A DNA stretch of 58,385 nt, filler included, from Sphacelaria rigidula (taxonomy: Eukaryota), in the NCBI GenBank assembly GCA_964200075.2. It is 8 parts of 8 records of this genome, joined end to end, with 100 filler letters (N's around TTAATTAATTAA, not from the genome) between each part and the next. Parts side by side here need not be neighbours in the genome. Positions count along the whole stretch, not along the records: positions 43,866 to 51,075 come from CAXNAA020015949.1; positions 51,176 to 58,385 come from CAXNAA020015950.1; 6 more parts are not named here. One strand, given 5' to 3'. Within the stretch, counting starts at the first letter, position 1; the number at the start of each line of letters is the position of its first letter. Under the pieces are notes generated by a model. That model searched no databases, was not told where the DNA came from, and was given only the letters and a program-made list of their open reading frames with translations. The translations under genes and the position numbers were made by a program. This document shows positions 46,612 to 58,385 of this stretch, piece by piece.

Positions 46612-49600
46612 GTACGTGAATAGGGAAGTGTTGGCAGTACTGGTTGCTCGTTTTCAGGTACCAGTGTATTTCCAGTGCCAGTAGTAATAATCGGCGTTCC
46701 TGGTCGAAGATTCAACTCACTGTAGGTGGTGAGCGACACGGCGAACCAGACTAGCGTGACTGACGTGACTCTAGATCTGAACGCTTAAAGCTGAACAGTT
46801 ACAACACATTGGGAAATGGGAGCTGGTACCGTAGGTGGGCGTTCGTTTTATTATACTCTGCGTGAAACTCGAGCAGAAGACGCTTGTAAACGCAACATTC
46901 GCAAACACTCGAAATACCACCACTGTAGCGTGAACAATCGCTGGGTCAAGGGATTTGCCCCAATCTCCTCAATGTTTTGGAACATCTGGACGATCAATTC
47001 CACCGCACCTGAGCTTTCAGGCCGTCCAACACACTTCTATCCCGCAGCCAACTTGAGTGCTTAGCCTCAGGGTTTGATCGTGCCTCCCCAGCAACGAGAA
47101 CCTCCAAGCCATCGAGAGCGCCCGACGATGGCATCAGCGTTGCCGGCAATGGCCAGGCATGAGCTACGATATCTATGTTCCGGGTGCCTGTTCGGCCTCC
47201 TGCTGGTGTACCATCACTACCCAGGCGCTCCTCATGCCGTGATGGGTGCAAGCCAAGATTGTCCTCTGCCGCTTCGGGGTCACCTCGTGTGTATAGTACG
47301 GTGATCATGCACTCAGGAGCTCCGGCCTCGACGTGCGCATTTGCTGTGTATGGCAAGTATAATCATGCAGGGAGGGAAGAGGTTGATGACGATATGTTGC
47401 TACCGAGGGAAAAGCGGGTACCGCAACCCATAGAGGATGCAAGGTCAAAACACTATGTTATGCTACGGTATACGAAGCGCACCACGTGGTACTGGCACCA
47501 TGCCGCTACTCGCACATCGATACCAATGATTTTCCGTGGATCCAGTAGAGGGGGGCATATTTGTACGTACGAAGGGCTCGGGCCTTTGAACTGGTGGACG
47601 GAGCTGCAACCAACATGCAAGATGGAGAACCGGGAAATTATTCGGTAACCGAGGTCGGGCTCTTCACAACAAGCGTGATAACGAGAGAGGATCCGGGGCC
47701 TACCTTCCAAATATGCCTCCAAAACGTTTGCGATGGCTGAAGTTGTCCTCGTCTTCAGGGATGTACAGCCCTCTAGACTTGCAATTTCGCCAAGACCGGA
47801 TTCTTGAGCAGTTGTCCACAGCCTCTGAAGATGGAAGTCGAGCATTCCCACCGACTGATGGCCCACGGTTCGTAGACACGTGTACGGGCCTGCAGTAACA
47901 CGACGAGATGTCAGAGGGATGCGATGGAAGCTATCACACCGTGTTGGTGAGAGGTGAACAGCTGTCCCGGATGTGCGTTTCCGTAACCGTTCACGTCCGT
48001 GTTTGACTCAACAGTTGTGTTTTTTTCGCGATTTCGTCATGCTACCACGTGTGGATTTTCAGCTCGTGTGAATATGGGACTCTCTTCTTAGCTTGATAGT
48101 GGTACACTCGAGAAAATATATTGATTTTTGAGCTATGGGACTCAGGATAGCCATGCTTGAGCGCACAAAAGCATTGTTCATTGTGTCGATATCAAAATCG
48201 CGTACTCCCTGTATCCGAATGTAAGTGAGCCGTGCGATGTGTACAGAGCTGCTCGATTATCTTCGATTTGTGTGACTGATACGAAGTATGACCACCTAAT
48301 CCTACGGGACACCATCTTCAGTCTAATTATTCATCGCTTGGGAGAAACAGTTACATTCCTACGGCAAAGCACATGCCGTTAATAGTCTCTCGCCGATTAT
48401 GCTAGTTAGGTCGTTTTTATGCCATTATAGGAATCTCACCAAAAGCAACGCTCGCAAAGCGGAAATTATGCTCCAATTATGCTTGCACTCTCAAAAGCGA
48501 TTATTCGATTAGTGCTCGTAACGTGAGAATTATGTTCGATTATGCACCTAATACCCAACAGTAACAGATCATCTGCGATTTTTTCCTCGATTTTTGCCTC
48601 GATTTTTGGGCGAAAAAACGGACGTTTTGAATCCGAAAATGGTGCTTTCGCACATACCCGTTGGGGAAACGGAAGAAGGGCAACCCCGAAATATAGTTTC
48701 AGGGAGTTTGGGGGGCATGGGGCCGTCCATATGAAAGTTATTTGCCACAACTTTAGGTCAGGGGAAGCACAGTCTTGGAGTTGAAACTCGTTTGAATGCT
48801 TAACTTTATTTTCGAAGACAATCTCTTCAACGGCGCAAATTTCGACCGGACACACCGACACACCGATAAATCGCCATATCCATGCGGTGTATACCATGTA
48901 CTACCAACGTGCAGTTGTTTTGATTGCCGTATCGTCCTGTCGTCCTACCCTGTACAACATCGTATGTCATCGTGTATTATATGTATTACATTGGGTGTTA
49001 TACGCCGGCCTACGGTTGCCGTATTGAATCGGCATATAATCACAAGCAAACTATTGCTTTATAGTACTCCTCATCATAATATATGGTGCACAATGAGTGT
49101 ATGCAGTATTCATCGTGCAGTATCTGGTGCAGACGTATATCGTAGCCACAGGTAAAACGACAACGCACGAAATCATGCGATTCCTTCACTCGTCGCATGT
49201 TCCATGTCGAGGAACACGTGTCCAAAACCAAAACCAAAACGGAAAACGAAATTCGGGTGATGAACGATTGATACATTGGATGGGTTGTCTCACATGAACT
49301 GGTCCGTTAGTAATTAATCCAGCCAGGGTCGCGAGACGGGCATAGCGACATGACCCAAGACACAAAGTAAAAATAAAAAGAGGAAACACGCGCGTTTAAT
49401 TCCATCCACCATCACGCAGTCGTCCTCATCCTCACCGTCGGCGCCGACTGACGTATCGACCGTGTTTGGCATCTCTGTTTCGCCGTCTCTGGCGTTTTTT
49501 GCCATCGTGTGCTGGCAGATAAATGTCAGTCGTTTGGCCCAAACGGGTGGTGTTCAGCCGGAATAACTTGTGCAGTCACGCTTCTGATAGCAGGTGAAAT

Positions 49601-50233
49601 GCCGATGAGTGCAGCAACACAGTGACGCTCCGTGCACGCGCAGAGGCTCTAGCAACTACGGCTATTTTGTCGGCAGATTTCTGTCTTTTTCAGCTAGGCT
49701 CTTACTGATCACTCTAGCGTAATTTCGAGCACATTTCCACTTCACTAGTGAAAAAATCATAATGTTTGACGAAGAGAACAAAAAGCATAGGGTTTGAGCG
49801 AGTAGCATACAAAGCGTGATTTTCACTTAAAGAGCATAAACACATAATTTTCCACCTCAGGGGCTGGCACACTGGCCTACATTCTGGCCTGCTGCCACAT
49901 CTTGACCGAGAAAATGCCACTATGATCGACCGCGGGTCTGCAATACATACTAGCTTCGTGTTGTAAAGATAAAAAATACACTAGTGCAGTAAATAGTATA
50001 TGCTGGAACTAGTTTATCCGCTGATACGGTAATGAACTGTTGTTCTGACGAACCGCGGGTCTGGAAAACGTGCTCTTTTGATCACGAGGCACAGCCAAAC
50101 GGCGACACGCTTTTCACTATATTTTCTGGTTCCAAGGAAAGAGTCACAAACGTTGCGGCAAGTTTCGGTCGGACGTTTGTTTTCCGATTGTGATACCCTC
50201 TGACATATATGAGACCACCTTCACAAGCACACT

Positions 50234-50470
50234 GTAATGCGTGAGAGGACCGCATGCTTAGAGGACCGCGCCGTAGTTCAAATCACCTCGGGAACGATGT
50301 TTTTCGAAACCAATCGGGCCAGTCCCTGCAGGTAGGTACCACGCCCCTGACCATAACCCTAACACTAACCCTGACCCTAACCCTAACACTAACCCTGACC
50401 CTAACCCTAACCATAGGGATGTTCAAATGCCGATGCGGTCCTCTAAGCACGCGGTCCTCTCACGCATTAC
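50234..50470. mobile_element. MITE with 36-bp TIRs and an internal (CCCTAA)n array
   Basis: GTAATGCGTGAGAGGACCGCATGCTTAGAGGACCGC and its reverse complement (1 mismatch); 12 hexamers at 50345-50416. Confidence 0.88.
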
Positions 50471-51927
50471 GCACACAACCGAATTCTACTGAAAACAAAG
50501 GGCGAATGGTACGTACTTTCCGCATCACAACGTTTACTTATCTGCATAGCACAGATAAATGAGTGAGACGCAACTTGCGATTAAAATACAACACAGGGTA
50601 AAAGGCTTCACGTGTTACCGATGGAGATGCCCAGCTGTTTGGTTTCCTCGTTCCGCATGACGTAGCATGAAAATGAGCGTGCGAACGTCAAGCGAGTCCC
50701 GTATCTAAACCCTTCTACCGTGTCGACCCTTAGCTTGACGCTTAACAAGCGACCTGTTGGGGTGGGGTCGGAATAGGGGCCGGAGTTGCTTCCGTCGGTA
50801 TAGAGACGACACCTACAAAAAAAGTTGATTACCGCTCGTGCACCGCGTGCCATGCTATTTGTGTATTTACCACAACCAGCAGCACATCGATGTCTCGCTG
50901 CCTCGCTGCAGCAAAGCAGTACCAGTGATCGCGCGTGCAGTACATACAAGGCCGCATGTAGGCAAGAGGCATGTTATATAAACACAACATCATGTGGGCC
51001 GGCACGAACCGACCTCCACCACAAGCGCACCGCACCTTCCCCCGACATTGGCCGCAGCGTGCGGGCGGGGAGGAGNNNNNNNNNNNNNNNNNNNNNNNNN
51101 NNNNNNNNNNNNNNNNNNNTTAATTAATTAANNNNNNNNNNNNNNNNNNNNNNNNNNNNNNNNNNNNNNNNNNNNTGCCTGGCACACTTATGAGCCTCGT
51201 TTTTCGTGCAACCAAATACCCCCCCCCCATATCGTACGATGACTCATTGGTTATATTGCGTCAATAGGTTCCACACAGGGCACAGCATATTTCTTTACAA
51301 CTGAATCTCGTATCCAGCGTGTGAAACTTTCATCAGAAAATCTACAATTTCTGAATAGCTTCTCAAGACGAGTATCTACTCTCCAAATACTCGACAAGAC
51401 ACGGAAATTTTATCCTGAAATATTATCACCGACCATGACTCCGATTTCATTTTCACGAGGAGCATCTCCGCAACTCCCATTTTCTTCAATGAACCCAACT
51501 GTAGTATCATAGGCACCTTCGCTGGGGAGACATGATCTGCACCCCTCCACGGGGCTTCAATTACGGTACAGAGGGGGTAGTGTTATACCGTGCACCCGTG
51601 CTGCAAATGCTAGACACACTGAACGCGAACAAGAAAGTATTGGCGAGCACTACTGCATGTTTGGGTGTCTCACTGTTGTCACTAACCCAGAGCAACAAAA
51701 ATAAAATCGAAAAAACTGTCTCACATCTGAACACACGCTCAACTTACAAGCAAAAATGTCTTCATGTGCGATTATTTCACGTATTTTCGTCAACTTGCCT
51801 CTGCCGCACAAAAACAGCATCATCAGTCGTCAGTTCGCGCCTCCCTCCCCTCCCTTTCCCCCCCCCCCCACCACCACCACTTCAACACAGAAGACAATCA
51901 TTCATTCTTCATTTTTCATTTTTTTAG

Positions 51928-52002
51928 TTGTCGCACTTTGAACCCCTCCCCTTCCTCGGGACGAGTCCGTGGTCTCAAGGGATCAACCCATCTCCCCCCG
52001 GT
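51928..52002 (-). mobile_element. SINE family 1 3' fragment
   Basis: TTGTCGCACTTTGAACCCCTCCCCTTCCTCGGGACGAGTCCGTGGTCTCAAGGGATCAACCCATCTCCCCCCGG. Confidence 0.8.
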
Positions 52003-52806
52003 GATCAACAAAAAAAAAATCAGAAAGGACCGAGAGAAATTGTCTTGGCGGAACATACTCCAACGAACACACTACCCTGCACGGAACAAATCGTGCGGAC
52101 ACTCCATGCATGAGGGGGTACACGAGGTAGTTTCCTCCATCATGCACACCAAGAAAATAAGAAAAAGCTCCTCGCCGGATCGTTTGCGGCCCACTTGTAC
52201 ACCCGTAAGTAGTAGCTGACAAAGCTTGAAACGAGAAGTCATCTGGAACAAATGTGCATATTGTCAAAAGCGTAAGATTTCGCCTGAAGAGTAGGAAATT
52301 AACCCCCCACATACACCCTCCTCTCCTCCTCCACACGAAGAAGACGAAAGTAATGCATGAACAAGACATGGGAAACAGAAGGATACGTCAACGCATCTCA
52401 GGAAGAATCCCCAAACCCTCTGTTATGATATTTCGTCACGACTTGACGAATATAGCAGGAAGAAAGGCGCGCACTAAAGCACATGAAACAAGAACAAAAA
52501 CAGGCAAGTCATGACAAGACAAGAAACATTACAAACGAGCGAAACGCCTCGCGACGTACAGCAAAAATGGATCTGCCGCCGACCAGTCTCAGAAAAGCAG
52601 CACAGCACTCACTTGATATGATCATAACCCTTAATTTATTTGGGCACAGAGACTACATTTCCTTGTAGATCTTCCACTCAAGATTGAAAATCCAGACCAT
52701 ACTGTACAGTCTCCCCACTATTTTGTATATACCGTACATATATTTATACGGTGCCAGACGCTTCGACGGTAAAGCTTGTGGGATATATACTGTACATACA
52801 CGACCC

Positions 52807-53000
52807 GGTCGCCCCGGTGGCTCAGTTGGTAACCACGTCACCTTCTGATGGTTGAGTCGGGGGGTTCGATTCCCGGAGCAATCTGGAATCTTTTCTCACA
52901 CCATGCTCAACAGTGGAGAGCGACTATGTACCCACATACACCGAAAAGTGTAGACTGGTGCCCAGAATAAATGGGACGACAACACACACAACACACACAT
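52807..53000 (+). mobile_element. tRNA-derived SINE family 2 (short form)
   Basis: GGTCGCCCCGGTGGCTCAGTTGG, GGTTCGATTCCC and CAACAGTGGAGAGC, then directly the family 3' end with a CA-rich tail. Confidence 0.8.
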
Positions 53001-54004
53001 ACACGAATAACTCACTCGAAGTTGAGAGTAACCTAGCACTCAACATCGCCACACATGGAATATGACGAACACACAGCAGGGCAAGAGGGTCAACACTAGA
53101 AGTCCCCCACAACACAGGAAGAGAACAAGTGATGTCTTTCCACATCTATAACCCAATAACGCAACCTTTTCACCGGAATCCGACAAGAAATGTCCAAATA
53201 TTCACACCTTCGCCGGACGCCGCACAAAAACCGCCGTATATATTCGACATCCTTCACAGGAAGCCGCTGTCTGAAGCACCGCCCGCTTTAATTTCTCCTT
53301 GCACATATACTACTTACTGCTGACGCCAGAGCGGATACCGCGGAGGGTCATGAGCACTGTTCGCATCATCATAGTAGCGGATGATTCCGCCTCGTGGACC
53401 ACAGTACATCTAATCGACTCGCGGGTTTTGTGCTGACTAGGGTCGACCACAATTATGCTGTCGCCCTTCCCTGGTGCAAACATAGCAACACCTACCTCAA
53501 AATTGCAATTTGGTTCTGATATTAGTTATGCTCTACCCCCCGCTGCTGCTGCAATTTGATCCCGCTTCCAGTTCTGGTTCTGGCTCTAGTCATTTCCCTC
53601 TCGACAGAACGTCGCGGATACTCTGTGCCAGAACGCTCCAGTATCGAAGCACAACAGAGCTGACCTCCCTCGTCAACCCACCCCCCCCTTTTCCACCACA
53701 ACCACCACCACCACCACACTCACGACAAAAATAACAGGAACAAGAACAACAGCTTTGGCTCGGCAGCTCTTGACGTGCTTCCCATCAAGAAACCACTCAT
53801 TTAAAATTACTGTAACGTACACACGAAAGTACAGAATTGAGATTCCACCGCGGACGCAACGAATACGTTGTGGTCGGGGCCTCTATATTTAGAGTACCGC
53901 ACCTCTGAAGCTATAAAGTCCGAGGTTTTTCAAGGTTTCCTTTTTTCTGTTCTTATAACGCGCCTTTTCCTGTCTACTCCTGTCACGCTGCGCTCTCATC
54001 CGTG

Positions 54005-55749
54005 TTAGAATTCCGACATATGCCGATTCCTCCACTGCTGCCGGCGCAGCCGGCGAAGCTGGCGTCGTCTCCCGGGCCACCACCCCTGCGTATCGAGGCT
54101 GATGGAGCTGTCCCCATCCTTTCCGTTGTTCTTCCTGAGCAGGTACACCAGACGCCCAATGTTCGATGAAAAAGTTCCCACAAACACCTCGCTCGCGGCT
54201 AGCTGATGCAGGTCTGCGAACATGTACACGAACGATGGGTATCTCTGGACACGGTGACAGTAGCGGCGGTGGGAAAGGCGGCAAGTGTTGGAATCATTTG
54301 ACGCCGGGCGGGGGTGTATGTGTGCCAACGAATGTACAACAGCCCACGACCAAAACGATCACCACAACGGAAATGGAATCGGAAGAAACTTCTCGTGTTC
54401 GCGCATGTGTGCTGCATGTGCCTCCTGCACGGATCCTGCCGTGTTGTTGTCACGGAGCAGGCTCCGGTATATGCATGTATGTACCTACTCGCCCACGTGT
54501 TCATTTATCACCCACTCACGCACTCGCTTTTGTAGTCGACTCTAACCAATGACAACAAGCCACCGTTCCATCATTTGATGTACAGTTTCGAGCACACACG
54601 CCGAAAAAGCACTTTACCATCAGCAAATCCGTCGTAATCAACACCGTAAACATTAGCGTCATGAATCAATATTATTAACATTATTAACCCCACTACCAGC
54701 ACTTTTATTTCAACTGCTGTGATCATCATCATTATTATTTCTCATCGTTACTCATCATTATTACGAAGTAGTAGTCGTAGTATTCATCATTACTATGATC
54801 ATCATTGTTTCCATCGTTTTTCATCATCATTCTTTTAATCATTATGATCTTCATCACCACACACGCGGCCACTCGACCACCCCCATAAAAATCCTCCATC
54901 GCGATTTTTTTCCTCCCTAGCGTTCAATACCCTCTAGAGGGCATTTCATCCCCAGGTGCGGTCAAGAAATCCTCTCGAGGGCATTTGATGCTTCAACGAC
55001 TTCCAAAGTCTGAATACCTCCAGAGTAACCACAATTATGGTGCTCAAGGGGGTCGCGCATCCTCCAGATTCCTCCGGAGGATGCGCTGAATACCTCCAGA
55101 GTAACCACAATTATGGTGCTCAAGGGGGTCGCGCACCCTCCAGATTCCTCCGGAGGATGCGCGGCCCCCCAGAGGCAAAACAAGCCTCTGGAGGCGTTTG
55201 ATCCCACCTCTCTGGAGGGCCGCGCACCCTCTGGAGGCGTTTACTTCCTGTGGAGACTCGAAAACTTGACCGGAACAGAGTATTTTGGGGGGTGGCCAAA
55301 TGACCGCGTGTACATTATTATAAGCATTGCCATAACCGCCATCGTCATCATCAGTACCATGATATTGATCATCATCGTTACAATTTTATTGTTATCAATA
55401 TAATTTGATGTACAAACATACACAGCACTTCACTCCACAGGTGGATTAATATTATTGCATAGCTCACTTGAACTGTAGTCTTGTACGTCACGCCAGGCGT
55501 TTCCGGCCCGTCCTTCACTCCATTGCCGACCCACACGATATTCTCCAACAGCACGTTGGGGAAGTAATTGTGGGCCACGGCACGCACTTCACCTACCGCG
55601 TTCGGGTCGTCTGACGCCACCCATATCCCCTGTATGCCGTCTACGGAAGCGGCGATGGTTTGGCGGTGGTCTTGTGCTTGAGCGACGTGGGTTTGGTTTT
55701 GGAGGTAGGAAACAGCTGCCGACAAGAAATCCTGCTTGTGCGGACGATT

Positions 55750-55790
<41 letters not shown>

Positions 55791-57869
55791 CGATAACAGC
55801 GATTGTTCAAAGCAACGACACACGCAAACACGCGAGCGAGAGCATTGTACATACAGTACATGAAAACATGTGGTGGTATATTGATTTTGGGCTGGCTCAA
55901 TTTAATGCGACAGTCGCACATGAACTCATCCGCCCAATTCATTGATAATCGCACATCAACTAACTCATTCGCCACGAGCCAAGTCATGAACCTATCTGCG
56001 CATCCATGTTCTCGGGTACTCGTTCATTCATGCATATATCTGCCATATCTGTGTGAAGTCGCTGCTGCACTGGCGATGGGATCGGATGGGATTGGATCGG
56101 ATGATATTGGTTGTGCGGATTCAGCTGTATGGAGGAATAAAGCGGCTTGTAACCCTCGAGACTCCTGCTTTACATGAATGACACATCCACAGTTTCCAAA
56201 ATACGTAAAATCACATGTTTGTCCGAAACTGGCGTCGGATTTCTCTTCGGCATCTGTTTTCGTGAGGAGTGGGGGGGGTGGTTTAGGAGAAAGTCGAGAT
56301 AATCTTGAAAAATCACCTGTAAAAAGGAGTCGTCAATGACGGGACTTTGCTCCAGACATTTTCGAATTTTTCACTTTTTCAAAATATAACATACTGAATA
56401 AAAGGTGGTTACTGTACAAGTCTCAATTTCCTTCCTCGATAGTGCGCACCGGCCGCATGAGTTGCACTACAGTCACAAATATCGATCCCCAAGAGATCCG
56501 ACTGTGGTCATTATCCACGATATAATGTACACGCACGACTCTTTTTACGATAGCCCCCCTCAAAAAAGTGGCTGGTTTGGATATCAAACAAGCCGAGCAC
56601 GACGTGCAGCTGGAAATCCCCACGCCTGGGTTCGTTTTTGCCACTCTCGCCCACATGAAGCGCTTCGTGCAGCCTGGAACCTTACGTCAGGCGCTGTACG
56701 ACCATATTATTCGCGACAGAGTGAGCAGTTCGTACCCGCATCTCCGATTCAAACTGATTCTACTCGCGCGCTAGATCCTTAGGACGGTGCGTGTGATGAG
56801 CCGACAAAATTGTGGTACTACTAGAGAAGACCGTCCCAGACAGACAACGACTGGACAGCACCTTGCATGTGCCCATTGCTCCATCTAGAACGCCACTGAG
56901 AAGACCCACACCGTTCACCGCCCGCTCCGGCAGTTTGATTGGCACCCCGTGACCCCGTCCTTAATCCCAAGCCGCATGAAGCTCAGTGCGCCACGTGAAA
57001 TACTCTTGACGTTTCTTCCCCAACACCCTCCGAGTCGAGATCGGCTGATGTAAGCCAAGTGAGTTTTGGCTGCCCACATTTCAAAATTCTCGACCATGTC
57101 TCACCAACCTTTTGCTTTTATCCTTTTCTTCAGTGCGTGTGATTTTATTGGAGGAAAAACATATCGCGACATTCGTGGTTATTTCGTTCTAACCTTGCGA
57201 TAAAAGGAAGGAAAGAGATGGGCCTTCGACACAGTCCGGAGGAGGGGACGACGGCCTCCATAAACGCAATTTCATGATTCAGCGGTTCCATACAAATAAT
57301 AAGAGAGTAAATAGGGAGAGGGCATCTTCACAAAATATGGGCCATTTTTTCTCACAAAGTATTTTTTTGTTCACCCCAAAATTACCTCAGCCTCGATGAA
57401 TCGAGTTCTCTCCTTTTCGATCTTGTCTCCCCTCCGAATGTGCAGCGCCACGAACGGCGCCCGTGATACCGCCATCGTTTCGGGTGAATTGAGCACCGAA
57501 TCAATGTCTCTCCTCAGCCAAGGCTGCATGTGGTTCCACAGGTGCTTCGTGAATAACTGCAAAAACAAAACAGAAGTGACGCGAAGAGGAGCGCCACAGC
57601 AAAGCGGTAGAACTCAAGAAAGAGAGAAAAAACTGCTCGAAAAACGATAACAGGAAAGAAAAAAAGATTGTCCAACATGCGGCACGTGACAGGCGCCTCT
57701 CTCCCTCTCTCCCTTCCTCCTTCTCTCTCTGTGGGCAAACATGTCCCTCGAGCACAACATATTTTACCAGTATACCTTGAAAGCAGTATACCTTGAACGC
57801 GAGGAACAAAAGTGATCGTCCATGATATGTGTCGCGATAAACTCGAGGCATACAGGAAACAAAATTGCG
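54005..57869 (-). CDS. GT23 alpha-1,6-fucosyltransferase-like (FUT8/NodZ fold) protein, 3' exons
   Basis: Exons 57556-57386, 55731-55468 and 54244-54005 (GT-AG, phase 0), plus a tentative exon ~57869-57792. Motif I VALHIRRGDK, motif II IWVASDDP, motif III DLHQLAASEVFVGTFSSNIGRLVY. Confidence 0.88.
54861..55311. mobile_element. MITE (family D) in a GT23 intron, with a 76-bp internal tandem duplication
   Basis: TIR ACACGCGGCCACTCGACCACCCCC / GGGGGTGGCCAAATGACCGCGTGT; many CCTCYRGAGG palindromes; duplication 55010-55161; related end at ~28696. Confidence 0.75.
55750..55791. repeat. (AAC)n microsatellite
   Basis: Perfect trinucleotide run just upstream of a GT23 acceptor site. Confidence 0.95.
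56537..56720 (+). mobile_element. MITE family A partial copy
   Basis: GACTCTTTTTACGATAGCCCCCC left TIR and body; right end missing. Confidence 0.75.
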
Positions 57870-58084
57870 CTATGATGTTGGCGGGAGGGGTGCCGCTGCT
57901 CCTTCATGATCGATGACAAAAGCGCACGGTGGAATTATTACGTACGCCTCAGCATTCACTTCGACGGTGGCAATTGTGTCATGCAGGTGGTGATCTCGAA
58001 AGCATGCACACACACGACGGACAGGTCACGAGCTACGTAAATATTACGAGCTGGGCAAGCCGACGAGCGATTCTGCAGTTTGCA

Positions 58085-58364
58085 GGCCGATTATACGGCC
58101 AATACTTGGAGCTGGACCCTGAGATTTGGTATGGACGATGAATAGGGCAAAATAAAAAAAATACTGGCGTACACAAAAAAAAAAAGTTTTTTCTTCATGA
58201 GTTGAGGGCATTTTACCGATATATGAAAACTGATTATTTCCCTCAACTCATGAAAAAAAATAAAAAAAACGTTGTTCACGCCAGTATTTTTCTTCATTGT
58301 GCCCTACTCATTGTCCATACTAAATTTCAGGGTCCAACTCCAAGTATTGGCCGTATAATGGGCC
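58085..58364. mobile_element. Foldback MITE family C, complete
   Basis: ~125-bp inverted arms GGCCGATTATACGGCCAATACTTGGAG...TCATGAGTTGAGGG and their reverse complement. Confidence 0.82.
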
Positions 58365-58385
58365 GTTTAGTGACAGGGTCAGAAG

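Noticed and set aside
50345-50416. True chromosome telomere
   Set aside because: Short, internal and enclosed by TIRs.

Overview
Repeat-rich, intron-containing eukaryotic DNA, most likely from a brown alga (inferred from a GT23 fucosyltransferase, (CCCTAA)n repeats and the style of the transposons; not provable from sequence alone). The window is not one locus. It is eight pieces of 7211 bp (x5) and 7210 bp (x3) joined by identical 100-nt linkers (N44-TTAATTAATTAA-N44), which looks like unrelated scaffolds concatenated in length order, so nothing should be linked across linkers. Host genes, all partial: a COG0523/CobW-family metallochaperone GTPase (6 exons, +, 16723-20000), two exons of a PI31/PSMF1-like proteasome regulator (-, 29446-33121) and the 3' exons of a GT23 alpha-1,6-fucosyltransferase-like gene (-, 54005-57869). 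Mobile DNA: a defective Ty3/gypsy element, a decayed LINE, an intron-containing hAT transposase pseudogene, three tRNA-headed SINE families and many MITEs and foldbacks. Best leads: (1) a gypsy integrase ending in a cage-degenerate chromodomain plus an in-frame Tudor-like module; (2) a LINE whose ~70-nt, apparently structured 3' end is dispersed many times, lacks poly(A) and sits at C-tracts; (3) a 251-bp MITE with 4-bp TSDs carrying a coding-like fragment; (4) a MITE with an internal telomere-repeat array; (5) repeated head-to-head tRNA-SINE junctions. No database search was possible, so novelty is unverified.
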